A DNA stretch of 63,313 bases, counting the filler, from Olpidium bornovanus S191 (Eukaryota > Fungi > Olpidiomycota): assembly GCA_017911155.1 (NCBI GenBank). It is 28 parts of 28 records of this genome, joined end to end, with 100 filler letters (N's around TTAATTAATTAA, not from the genome) between each part and the next. Parts side by side here need not be neighbours in the genome. Positions count along the whole stretch, not along the records: positions 47,556 to 48,781 come from JAEFCI010012998.1; positions 48,882 to 49,939 come from JAEFCI010009769.1; positions 50,040 to 51,108 come from JAEFCI010006179.1; positions 51,209 to 54,019 come from JAEFCI010001267.1; positions 54,120 to 60,477 come from JAEFCI010002270.1; 23 more parts are not named here. One strand, 5' to 3'. The notes beneath the pieces were generated by a model. It saw only the letters and a list, made by a program, of their open reading frames with translations, ran no database searches and was not told the origin of the DNA. This document shows positions 47,570 to 59,133 of this stretch, one piece after another. Made by a program: the position numbers and the translations under genes. Position 1 is the stretch's first letter. Each line of letters starts with the position of its first letter.

Positions 47570-48330
47570 GGGCTGCCCGCTGGTGCGTAGATTCGAAGAT
47601 CCGCAAGACTTGCAGGATCGCAGGGTTCCCGGGTTTCGCGCTTTGCCGCGGGTTTGCGCGTCCGCACCTTCGATATATACCCTTTCCTCTTTTGCACATC
47701 CGCAAAGTTTCGCATCTTCGAACCTGTCGAACCACTTTCGCGCCCCTCGCGCATTCCCCCGTTCGCAAACGAGCGGGACTTGCCGGTCTGTAGATCCGCA
47801 AGGTTTCGCGGGATTTGCACATTTCGCAGGTATGCGGGGATTCGCGGATTCGCTTTTTGCGCTAATCTCCACAACGCGCAGATTCGCAGGATTTATCGCG
47901 GTCATCCACAGCTTTCCCCGGTACTCGGCGGATTCCTGGATTTGCAGATTCGCGGGATTCGCAGATTCTCCATTTTGCGCAGGTTCGCAGAACATGCAGA
48001 TTTGCCAGGATTTGCAGAGCCTACGCTGCGCGCATTGCGCACGTAGTTGCGTGTTTTGCGTACATCGTTGCGTAAGTACTCTACGTTGCGGATATCCGGG
48101 CGTATATTGGATGCGTTACGTACGTTGCGTATGTTGCAGATATTGCAGACATTGTTGCAAACGTTCCAAGCGTTGTGTGCATTTGCAAACGTCGCGTGGC
48201 AGACATCATTATGCACATCATGCGTCCATCTCGTGGCATTTTCGATGTAAACTGATGGGCAAAATGACGACAATGTTACGCACATTGCGCAAGTTGTGTA
48301 AGATGGCGTACGTTTCATATTTTACGCAAG
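47570..48330. repeat. Two abutting degenerate ~9-bp-period satellite blocks (GATTCGCAG-type, then TACGTTGCG-type)
   Basis: About 47570-48020 is rich in (G)ATT(C/T)GC(A/G)G. About 48020-48330 is rich in (A)CGTTGCG/CATTGC. Translations show 3-aa periodicity (ANP.., RNV..). Confidence 0.8.
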
Positions 48331-49693
48331 TTGCCCGGAGTTCCGGCAAAACCTTTGGGGACCCCCCTCACGCCTTGCGACTGCGACGAAGCCCACGACG
48401 GTCGGCGAGAGGCGGGTTAGGGTCGATTGGTGAACAAGTTGACGGCGAAAGGAAACCACGGACGATTGATTCACAGTCAAAAGTGTCTTCGCTACCAGAC
48501 GGCAAAAGAACAATTTTCCCCGCGTTCGGGTGGGAAGATGTAGCTCCACCCCCGCGCGATAGCGGAGCCGGCACACGGCAGCGCACCAGCGCCTATTTTT
48601 AATTGCGGGTGTGCCAAAAGGCACCATACGCCGGGCCAGCAAGCCCGTTGTGCGCAAATCCCCCAAAGCCGCGGGGGGGGGGGGGGGGGGGGGGGCCATC
48701 TGAAAGCAACAAAAAACCCCGGAGAGGGTGTGTGTGTTTTTTGTGTTTGTGTCGGCTGTGGTGGGAGGAGGGCGGGGAATANNNNNNNNNNNNNNNNNNN
48801 NNNNNNNNNNNNNNNNNNNNNNNNNTTAATTAATTAANNNNNNNNNNNNNNNNNNNNNNNNNNNNNNNNNNNNNNNNNNNNCATGGTTCTGCTCGACGTC
48901 GAATTTTTTTCTGAGTCCCTTGACCCTTGCTTTCGCATCGCGCGGGAATGGGACAGCAGCCGGCTAAACCTTCCCCCCCCCCTTTCCCCGCGCGCGCGCT
49001 TATCCGTGGTTGATACCCAGGCCGTTCGTTACCGTCGAATTGCCGTCCCTCTGGTCGCCTGGCCGTACATTGGCAGATTTGTTTTTGTCTCTGGTGAGAT
49101 TGGTCAGGTTCTCGTGGCAGAGCTCTGAGCTGGGCGGCGTTCTTTGCATTGCGGCGTTGGGTCCGATGGGGAGGAACCCCGAGGCCCACCGGGCAACCGC
49201 CTCTTATTCCCGAACCGTTAGGTTAGGGTATACAGGAATTTTTTTTTTCACTTTTCGCTGTAACGATCACGTGACCGTAACCACCAGTAGCGGTTCGGGT
49301 CCGCCGCGAAGTCAGAAGAGGTGCAATTAGCAGAGCAGGTTTTCCTTAATAGTATGGGGCTTAAGACTATGGTTAGCATTGGTGTCAAGAACGCTTGGAA
49401 GTCCGTTTCGGTGAACTGAGACAGATAATGGCAGGAGGACGATGGCGTTTGGTTCCCCTCGGGTTTTGCAGAGTCACAGAGTAGCATATGACAACAGATC
49501 AAGGAAATCAAAGCAAAGACCAAAGAAGGTTTTCGTTGTATTAGCACCGGGAAGGCGATAATAATACTAGGACAAAAGAAAATAGGAATACGGCAACTAC
49601 TGTACGCAGCTTAAAGCCCGAGCCGACGTGCGTACGCGTGCCTGCTGTAAAGAACCGCGGACTGCTTTTAGCCGTGTTCACTGCCGACCGCGG

Positions 49694-49758
49694 TCAGCCG
49701 TCTGCGTTCTCTTTTAACAGCTCAGCCGTCTGCGTTCTCTTTTAACAGCTCAGCCGTC
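49694..49758. repeat. Perfect 28-bp tandem duplication (2.3 copies)
   Basis: TCAGCCGTCTGCGTTCTCTTTTAACAGC at 49694 and 49722, with a partial copy at 49750. Confidence 0.95.
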
Positions 49759-49885
49759 CACAGATGCTGCGACCAGGCGGTACTCAACCTTTACTCCCAC
49801 TTCCAAAAAAAAAAAAAAAAAAAAAAAAAGGCCGGCCCCCCCAAGCCCCCCAAGGGGGGAAGGGAAAAGAAACCCCGGGGACGCG

Positions 49886-49931
<46 letters not shown>

Positions 49932-50039
49932 AAAAGAAANNNNNNNNNNNNNNNNNNNNNNNNNNNNNNNNNNNNNNNNNNNNTTAATTAATTAANNNNN
50001 NNNNNNNNNNNNNNNNNNNNNNNNNNNNNNNNNNNNNNN

Positions 50040-50578
50040 CATGCTTTCTTCCAGCTCGGACAAGGGCTCTATCTGCTCGCCGACGGAGGCTTCGATCCAC
50101 CTGGGCTCGCCGCCCGCCCCGGGAGGGCGTAGTTTGTGTGTTTATTGTTTGTTTGTTTTTTATATTTTTATTTGGCCCGGCAAACAGCGGGGGAGAAAGT
50201 CACGCGCGTTGTCAATTTCCACGGCGCGTCCGAGAGAACGGGGGGGTGGGGGGAGGGGCGAAAGAGGTTTTTTTTCCCGCCCGTCTCTATTTTCGTTCTT
50301 TAACACAAAGAAAAAAACCAGAATAACTCCGCCGTCATCCGAGATCACCGTAAACGGGGCGAGCTGAAACCCCTCCACACCCGCCCCTCCCCCTTTTCTT
50401 CCATAGCCTCTCTCTCCATATCTCTCTCTTACTCTCTCTTTCTTTCTTTGCAGGCGAGCCGCAAAAAAACATTTGCAATTCGAGATATAAAAAAATAATA
50501 ATTTCGGACTTACTGCTTGACCTCCCCGATGTGACAGAGGTACTCGTACGCTTGCACCTTTTTCCGCTCCTCGTCCAT
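50040..50578 (-). CDS. IQG1: IQGAP family protein, start of the calponin-homology domain (fragment; true N-terminus probably further upstream)
   Basis: MDEERKKVQAYEYLCHIGEVKQ|WIEASVGEQIEPLSELEESM matches IQGAP MDE.R....AYEYLCH..EAK.W.E.......ELEE. Confidence 0.9.
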
Positions 50579-50695
50579 CCAGCTTCCGGCCGCAGCGGAC
50601 CCGCCGCCGAGCTTCGGCGCCACGCTCTTGAGCGGAGAATTCGGTTCGCCGCCGCTTGCTCCGGCTTTGGAGATTCTCACGCGCCCCGATTTCCC

Positions 50696-50727
<32 letters not shown>

Positions 50728-51208
50728 AAAGGGTCGGAATTGCGGCCGTGGGAGGAATTGGGAGGGCGCGCGGGGAGGGTGGAGACCAGGGATGGGTGAC
50801 GAGGAAGAAGCGTTGTGTCGTCAATCGCGGAAGTTGAGGGCGGGTAGTGTTTTGTTTTGGCTTGACGATGGTGAGAAAGAGAGAGAGAGAGAGATGTTCC
50901 GCGCGCGCGCCCCTCACCATGTACCTCCTCGACCTCTGGCGGAAGGTGAGAGGAGACGGTCAACTGGGGAAGTGGGTCCGGGACCGGCATGATTGATTTT
51001 TCTCTCCGCCGTTTTTTTTTCGTTTCTCTCTCTTTCTTGCAACTCTCCGTGTTCTCTCTGTGGTTCTCGCACTTGCTGCCTCCTTCGTTTTGATCGGCGG
51101 GTAGGCTCNNNNNNNNNNNNNNNNNNNNNNNNNNNNNNNNNNNNNNNNNNNNTTAATTAATTAANNNNNNNNNNNNNNNNNNNNNNNNNNNNNNNNNNNN
51201 NNNNNNNN

Positions 51209-53196
51209 CGCGATTTCCAGCTGGTGATTCAAATCAGCGAGGATATCCTGGTAGTCTTGAAAAATTTTGTGTTTCTGCGCGATGGTCAGGAGACGGTCTT
51301 TTCGCCGGCGATTGAGGCGCAACTGCATGAAAAGTTCTCGCTGGTGCTGACGCAGCAGTGAAGCGACCTCGCCGTTTTCGCCGGTGTGCCGATCCGCCTG
51401 ATCGAAAAAAAGAAAACCGCGAGGCGACGAGCGCGAGACGCACAAACGCGGTAGCGCGACGCTGTGAGTTCTCGATTTCTCCGGCGACCGTACAGGCCGA
51501 GCAATTCGGGAGCCGCGGCGCTTTCGCGTCTTCCAAACCGGTTTACCTGAACTTCGGACGGCAAGGCGCCGAAATGCTGCAGCTCCTCGAGGATGCGCCG
51601 TTCCAGGCTCTCTACCGGCGGCGAGCAGTCCGTGTCGGATTGCCGCGGAAATACCACCTCGCCCTCGCTGTCCGGCCGCGCTTGGGCGACCGGGCCCGGC
51701 TTGCCGGCTCCCTCGTCGGCGCCGTCCGGCGGGACGCCGAGGCTCGTCGTCGGCACAATCCCCTCGCCGGCCAGGGCGCGCAGCAGGCGTTCCTCCAGCC
51801 CTTGAACTTCCGCCAGGCCGCATACCGCCGTCGGCCGCGCAGGTTGCTCGACCGGCCCCGCCGTTTCTGCCGCCCAAGCCGTCTGCCCGTCAAACTCCGC
51901 CCATACTTGCCGGTAGTGCCGTCCGAGGGTCGGGAAGATAAAGGAGTCGACGTCGATCACCTAAAAGGGGAGAGGGGGGGGGGGGGGGGGAGGCGTTTGA
52001 TTCCGTAAAACGTCGACGCAAAATACGCCTCTATCCCCAGGTAATGTGCAGGCGCAACCCGCACGCAGAAAGGCGTGCAAGTATCGCGTACAGCAGTTTC
52101 AAGCCACGCGATGTCGTCGTTCGTCACGGGCCTGAAATAAGGATCCAGCGACGCGTAAAACGTCTGGATCGGAACCTGGTGGACAGAAGGCGAGCTATGA
52201 GGCTGACCGGGCCCTCCTATTGGCCGGACGCCCCGCCTCGGCCGTTTTCCGGATTTTTGCTTTGCGAGGGTCAGGCGCGGGGAAAGTCGAAGGGACGGAA
52301 ACCGCAGAGGAAAAGGCGCCCGTGATCAGTTTGGTGTAGGTTTCGAACTGGGAAGCTGCTTTCGGCGCTTTCCAAAAACAGAAAACAAAAAAAAAAGAAT
52401 TTGGCAACCCCCTCGCCCGCTTTACCTTTGGTCTGGGCGTCCAACGAACCGACTGAGCGGGACTGCTCGCCGCGCTGGACCTCTTCCTTTTCAACCCATG
52501 CGTCGCCTCCAACATATCTGCGTCGCCCTCTTTTCCGTCGCTGCCAAAATGGCCTCGCTGCCGGACGGAGGGCTCGGCGGTTTCCTGCCGCCCGCGAACG
52601 GCCAGCGCCAGCCCCTCCTCCTCCTCTGCACGCAACGCCTCGGCCCTGTATCGCCGGAGCACGTCCGCCGCGGTCTCCTTCACGGGCCGCGCGGACGACT
52701 GTTTTGGCGACGCCGCGCTGCGCGCGGAAACCTTCTTCTTCCTCTGCGGCGGCGGCGGCGGCGGGGAACGATCGGTGCGCACGATCACGCCGACATCGGC
52801 GCCGGCGTCATCGGGGGAAGCGGCGGGGACGGCCTTCTTCCGCTTCGGCACCCTCGAAGCCTTAGCCGGCGACGGGGGGGGCGAGGCGGCGGCGGCGGCG
52901 CGCAGGCGATCGCGGAGCCTCAGGACGCGGGCGCGGCGCAGGCCGGCCTCGTCCAGCAGCTGCGACAGCCTGGTGTGCAGCTCCAGCAGGACGGCCAGGG
53001 CGGGGACGTCGTCGGGAGGGGCGGCGCCTGGGCCGGCGGCGGCGGGGCGGACGGGCGGCAGGTCGACGTCGGTGTCACAGGACGGGCGCAGCCTGGGGTA
53101 AGCGGGCGAAGGCGGGGACGGCGGAGACGGCGGAGACGGCGGGGGCGGGGGCGGGCGCGGCGGGGCCGCGTGGCGGGCGCGGCGGTTGCCGTTCAT
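51209..53196 (-). CDS. NGG1: SAGA/ADA complex subunit Ada3, 3'-truncated
   Basis: FPTLGRHYRQVWA, GLEERLLRAL, SLERRILEELQHFG, GEVASLLRQHQREL..NRRRKDRLL..FQDYQDILADLNHQLE. The N-terminal LLELHTRL..RRARVL and KAASQF segments also fit. Confidence 0.8.
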
Positions 53197-55858
53197 GGCG
53201 GGCGGTGACGGGCGACGGCGGTGGGAGGCGGGGCGGGGAAGCGGTCGAGAGGGGAAATTTTTTTTTTTTCTTCGGTTTTCTCTCCCTCAAAAACGCGCGC
53301 GCGCGCACGGGGAGAGAACAGAGGCGACACGGCCGGAGGACGCCGCGCGTGGCTGCGGGGCGGGCGGGAAGGTGGGAGAAGAACACATTTATGCAGGGCG
53401 TCGTCGCTTGCTTCGTGGCCGCCGCTGGCGGATGCTGGAACCGGACGGTTCCCGGTTCCCCCCCCCCCGCCCCAGACGCATGTTACGGCAGCAGCACGCT
53501 CCTCGCGTCCAGAACGATCAGCGAGTTCTCAATGTTGCACGATTTGCACGTGCTGTTTCCGTCCTGCTTCCCGCTCGATCTGCTACCGCGGCGGCGTTGG
53601 GGTTTTATCGCCGGTAAATCAAAATGACCGGGCCAGCGACTCCCGCGACCGTGCACGCCGGTCTCCCACCCGCCAGGCGGGTTTTCGGGGTAAGGCGCCT
53701 TTGCTTTCTTCCTCGGATTCGGGCTCGCCAGCATAAGCCCGCTTCCCGAATACGATCCGCCGGCGGTTTCGTCGACGGAACCTGCCTCAAAATCTTACAG
53801 GTTCGCAAAACAGGAAGTATCGCGAGCAGATATCGCAATTACTGCCGCTTTTGCGGAACTTTCGAACACACACGCCCGCCGCACCTGCGAATTCTGCGGC
53901 ATCAGAAAACGAACACAAAAAGAAGGAAAAAAGAATAGAACGAAAAGGTACGCCGGCAGCCGTCAAGAAAAAAAAAAATGTACACAAGAAAAAAAAAAAA
54001 AAAAAAAACACGGCGGCAANNNNNNNNNNNNNNNNNNNNNNNNNNNNNNNNNNNNNNNNNNNNTTAATTAATTAANNNNNNNNNNNNNNNNNNNNNNNNN
54101 NNNNNNNNNNNNNNNNNNNAGCCGCAGGTAATGCCGAATGGGAGGTTCCGAGTTTGCGTCTGGCAGGGACGAGGAATGATGCGTGGCAGGTGAACGAGGT
54201 CTTTTTGCGGGGACACGGACGACGGCGCAAACGGCATGTTCCCCGCCAAACCCCCTTTAGGTAAGGCGTCCGGTCCCCCCGCCCCGTCCGGTTCTCCCAC
54301 CCTCCGTCCTTCGGCCCAAGAAAAACAAAAAAACCTGCGCGGTCACACTTGTAGCAGCGCCCGCCTCCCTCTAGGGCAAAGGAAACCCGCCGGCTGACGC
54401 CGTCGCAGCGCGGGTGGTGGGTGTTGGAGTACTGGCCCGTAGTACTGTACGCATCACTTCCGTAGCAAACGGGCGAACGGAGAAAGAAAGGAATAGGAGC
54501 AGCGGACGCACGGCATACAAATATTATCTAATGATAACCCATTTACAGGATCGACGGCGCGCACGAGCCGATGTCGACCAGAAGTTTAATCAAGAAAGGG
54601 TAACGGAACGAGGTGGCAAAATAAAGCAGCACGGGGTCATTTGACCCACGTCCAGCGGGTGGTCATCACGCCCAAAGACAAATCCCGTGCAGCGGTTAGC
54701 GCACTGTCTCGAGGCACAACACACAGTTGACCGCAGTCGTGAACCGCCGTAGAGCGTTGGGCATAACGTCGTCCAACCGGCCGATTTGGCCCAAAAGCTG
54801 CATGACTGCAGGTGCTGTTAGTCCTGGAATTTACAGCACGCGGCGGCGACGTACTAATCAGTCTATTGTGAAACAGATGTATCCGTTTCGGAGCGAGAGC
54901 GACGCAATCGGAGGCCAAAGGAAAGTTCCACGTGCGTCTCTATTCAGAATGGAGGTTTTGACAGAGGGTTTCTGCGAATGAATATGGAGCAAGTTTGGGG
55001 CGCTGATAATCGGGACGAACACTGATTCGGATGTGCCAACAGATAACGCGCGAAGTGCTGGCTGGAGAAGGCAGCAACACGTTGTCCGACTGGTAAATTT
55101 GGACCGCGCAGGGCTGTGGCTACCCGCCCCAGCTCGACTTTGCTTGCGAAGCTCGCTGGGCGGTCTGGAATCCCTCTTTGACTCTCCTGCAACACCAGAC
55201 GCACCAGCCTGACCCTTCGGTGTCGGCGTACCACCGCTCGGTTGACCGATTTTGTGCATCGCCGGCGCAGACGCCAAATGAGTTACCGACTGCGCGCCGA
55301 ACAACGCGCCGCCCCGCGCACTTCCGTATACCCCGCCAACCGCCTCGTGATTTGCATCAAAGCGCCGCCAAGAATCCCCTGCAAATGCTCAGGTCGTATC
55401 AATGCTGGTGGGCGTGTAATCAGCTGCCGGAATGTGGGATCGCGGCGACCAAAACAGACCAATCGGTGAAAAACGAGACAGACCGGCCGACTGCTTCCCC
55501 GGTCTTGTAGCCTGGAACGACCAACACGAATCGACAGCATATCGAAAGCGCCACGGAATAATCTGGCAATTGCAGGGATGCGATTTCTTAGAGAATCGTG
55601 ACCTTGAAGGTGGCGGGGTCAACCAGGTGGCGGTCGGCGAAGACGATGTGATGGACAGGAGGGCAGGCGGACGACCCTGTTACACGACTAAACGTGAATA
55701 TCTTCAATTGGTAAATATCTACGAGGTAATGCAGAACACTAACGAAAGTGACGTATGCTCGACGCGTGAAAAAAAAAAAACCTGAAACGAGGGGCCTCTT
55801 GCGAGGATGCGGTATGTAACGAGGCCTCCACGGAACCAGTCTGGCAGTTATTTTCGTC

Positions 55859-56807
55859 TTATCGGTCAGTCAGCGAAGGCAGCTGGCTCTTGGACAGTTC
55901 CTCCTCGACGTCCTCGTCGTCCTCGTCACTAGTCCCTTGCCCCTCCGTGTAGTCAACGTTCATGAGGAAATATTCTATCAAGTCCTTGTGTCCGCCCGTC
56001 TGGGCCTCGTATATCGGCGTGTGTCCAGAAGAATTTTTTATCTGCACAGCCGAACGGAAAACCGCCCAGGCGTTGCCCGCAGGTGTCGTGGACCAGAACA
56101 CGGGGAAAAGGCGGTCAGCGCGGGCGAGTTCTGAACAAAAAGAACGAAAAGGTCCTGGGACAGCCTGGGGGGGTTTGTCTCCCAAGCGTCTGCGCATGAT
56201 TCGCGTGGACACGGGCACGCACCCTCGCGTTCGCGCCGGCTTTAACGAGCTTGTCAACGATGCTGGCCCGGCCGTTCAGGGCTGCCCAGTGCAGCGCAGT
56301 GTTCCCGTGGTCGTTCTGCACGTCCAACTTGGTCTGGTCCGGAAGGACGTCTAGCAGGAAAGAAACGACATCTGCAGCGGGCGGAGTAGCATTCGTCAGG
56401 TCAGACATCGGCAGACGGTTCCGAACGGCGGGCTGGCCACGACACGGCGAAAGGGGATTGGGGGGAAAGGGGGTCTGTGCCTTTTCCCTTTCAGCGGAAG
56501 GGCGTCCCGGTGACCTGACCTGCATTGTTTTGGGGTTGAGTTGGGGGAAAGGAAGGGGGCCAGGTGGCACTTCGACGCCCCTCGGGCACATACCGTCGTG
56601 GCCGTTCGCCGCAGCCATGTGCAAAGCGGTGTTTCCCGCCGCTTCCCCCCGGGCGAACATGAACTCCGCGCGCCCTTCGGCCTCGTGCCTTTTCAAATCG
56701 TCCAGGTCCCCGCACCTCGCCGCGAAGATGATGTCGGCTAGGAGAGGGCTCGCACGGAGCGCCTCCCCGGCCGCGACAGCGTCCGGCTCAGCCTCGCGCC
56801 CGGGCAT
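55859..56807 (-). CDS. YAR1: Ankyrin-repeat protein, Yar1-like, 3 exons, complete
   Basis: IIFAARCGDLDDL..GNTALHMAAANGHD|..QNDHGNTALHWAALNG..|IKNSSGHTPIYEA..LIEYFL followed by an acidic tail. Confidence 0.8.
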
Positions 56808-56820
56808 TTTTGCGAGCGGG

Positions 56821-56851
<31 letters not shown>

Positions 56852-57171
56852 CAATTTTTCCTTTATTTTCCCCTTGGGGTGAGTTTCGTGGGCATGCGGG
56901 AAAGTCCGCTCAGGGATAACGAGGCGCGCAAAAGAACCAATGGAAAAAGAACACAACGAAGAGAAAAAAAAATTATCCCGATCATTTCCCGAGAGGTTCC
57001 TGGAGCGGCGTTTTCGTCGGGCACCGCACCACGTCACGGACACTCGGCTCGACCCCAAGGTCACCTATCCTTCTGGAAAAAAAAAGATTATGAAAATGTT
57101 TCCCACATTAGAAGATGAGACAAGAGAGGGGGAGGGGGGGAAAGGGAAAGTGGGGAACAGAGAAAAGCTTT

Positions 57172-59133
57172 CTAATACGAAGGGAAATCAGCTTCCCATG
57201 GGGCGAACGAGCGGAGGTTAATTCGGGCGTTGGGAACCACCCTCCGCATTTGCTCGATCAGCTTCGTCTCTCTCTTCGACAGTTTGTCGCCTCTGGCGGC
57301 TCTGTGGTCCCACGTGTAGTCGGGGTTGATCACTTCTAGCGTTTGCAGCCCGGGGTACTCAGTCCCCGCCAGTTGGGCGGTCAGCGAACCCAAAGTGTCA
57401 ACGAGGTTATCAACGGCGTACAGGAACAGGTGCCGCAAGACGGGCAGCGCCTTGATCGCGTCGCGGACCGCGTCACGCTGCGGGGACCCGCCCGAGGAAA
57501 TAAAGCCCAAACGCAGGAGCTCCAAGCGCGGGCAGCCGGCGCCAAGGCGCGCCCAATGGGCGTCCGACCCGGACGACCAGTACTCGGGGACGTGCACGCT
57601 CAGGCTCCGAAGCTGCGGAAACAGCTCGCCGACCAGCCCGACCGTGTCCCAGTCCGGGCATCGGAACGACAGGTCGCGCACCGTGCTCCGCGGCAGCGCC
57701 CGCAGCAGGCGCGCCAACAGCTCAGGTTGCCCAATCGGGCGTGGCGGCATCCGGATGAACGGGTCAAGGCACAGGCACTCCAGCCTGGTCAGCCGCCCAA
57801 ACAGGTCCACCAGATGCTCTGTCATTTCCATCGGCGGCACACGCAGGTGGCGCAGGCCCTCGGCAACGCAAACCACCTCTAACTCTGTGGAATTGTGTCC
57901 AAAAACGTTGTCTGTCACGGGTGAGCGGCTGGAACCTGCGCCGCGGTAGACGGTGAGGGCCAGCAAGAACTCGTGGTGTTTTCCCATGGACGTCGCCATG
58001 ACGCTCAGCTTGCGCAGACGAGTGCCCATAACTGCGCAAGGCGCGCCGGAATCGGACAGATCGACGAATTCCAAAGCCCGATGGGCGCAGGACGACGACA
58101 AAATCGGATTACGAACGAGGCGTCTCTGGGTGGGATCCGGCGGGAAGGTGGATATCAAAAGGCTCAGGGCGCCGTCTAGGGCACGGCAGGTGAGGAGGTC
58201 GTCGCTGATCACAAGCTCCTCGAGGCGTTCAAATGGCCCGCCGAGCTCGGGCAAGAACGCTGTGTACGGCACGAGTATTCGCAGACGGCGCAGCGACGAG
58301 GCGAACTTCCGGAGAATGCGGACAGCCTTTCCCATCAGGTCGCCGTTCACCTCGCACAGCCGAAGACTCAAGTCGAACAGCGCGGTACGGTCGACGGCCT
58401 CGGCGGTGTAAAGGTGGCCAAGGACGACTGTGTCCAGGTGCGGACCGCAGTGAGTGAGGAAATAGTGGACCGCCGTCGTCGACCACGCCGTGAACGCGGC
58501 GTTCCCCGCGGGCCGGTGGCATCCAATCACCTCGTCGAACGCTCTCGCGATGTTCAACGCGTTGAGGGTGCGGAAGTGCGAAACGTCCGCGAGACCACGC
58601 GTCTCCTCCGCGCCTCTCGTCCGGCGCCCGTCCGCTTCTTTCCCGGCTGCGGCTGCGGCGTAAAGCTCGTCGAGCCAGCACGCCGGCACCTGCCCGTCGA
58701 GGTGGCGCGCCACCGCGCCATCTTTGTCTTTCCAGAATTCCTCGGCCCAGACCCTTGCGCTGACGGCGCAGCCGAAGTGCAGCGCGCGGCCGCGCAGTAT
58801 CCGAGTTGCGGCGCGCCGGAAGGCCCGGCTCACTAGCAGGCACGAGTGCAGGGTGGGTCTCTCCGAGGCGGAGGACCCCGCGGGCGGGCGGTGCGGCAAG
58901 GGCGCCCTGCTGCGCGCGTACGTGTCGCGGTTCGGGTGGCGGTGCTCGGGGGCCTGCTCGTGGACGAGGAAGCCGAGGACGTGCTCGATGATCTCATAGG
59001 GGAGGAGGGGCGTGCGGGCGCCGTCCGCCGGAGAAACATCTGGGAGCGGCGGCGGCAGACGAAGCGGACGCGCGGTATGAAACACAGAACTCGCCGAAGA
59101 AGGGGTCGGGAGCACGGCTGCCGCCGAACGCAA
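57172..59133 (-). CDS. F-box protein with RNI-like leucine-rich repeats (1.9-kb final exon; 5' exon not found)
   Basis: LLPYEIIEHVLGFL..LHSCLLVSRAFRRAATRIL (F-box) followed by LxxLxL repeats (SLRRLRI, RLEELVI, RLECLCL, QLRSLSV, RLELLRL, VLRHLFL). Confidence 0.8.
   Translation of the reverse strand: MRSAAAVLPTPSSASSVFHTARPLRLPPPLPDVSPADGARTPLLPYEIIEHVLGFLVHEQAPEHRHPNRDTYARSRAPLPHRPPAGSSASERPTLHSCLLVSRAFRRAATRILRGRALHFGCAVSARVWAEEFWKDKDGAVARHLDGQVPACWLDELYAAAAAGKEADGRRTRGAEETRGLADVSHFRTLNALNIARAFDEVIGCHRPAGNAAFTAWSTTAVHYFLTHCGPHLDTVVLGHLYTAEAVDRTALFDLSLRLCEVNGDLMGKAVRILRKFASSLRRLRILVPYTAFLPELGGPFERLEELVISDDLLTCRALDGALSLLISTFPPDPTQRRLVRNPILSSSCAHRALEFVDLSDSGAPCAVMGTRLRKLSVMATSMGKHHEFLLALTVYRGAGSSRSPVTDNVFGHNSTELEVVCVAEGLRHLRVPPMEMTEHLVDLFGRLTRLECLCLDPFIRMPPRPIGQPELLARLLRALPRSTVRDLSFRCPDWDTVGLVGELFPQLRSLSVHVPEYWSSGSDAHWARLGAGCPRLELLRLGFISSGGSPQRDAVRDAIKALPVLRHLFLYAVDNLVDTLGSLTAQLAGTEYPGLQTLEVINPDYTWDHRAARGDKLSKRETKLIEQMRRVVPNARINLRSFAPWEADFPSY

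Noticed and set aside
54120-55800. Short ORFs on both strands downstream of YAR1
   Set aside because: No motif support. They may be UTR or unrecognised exons.
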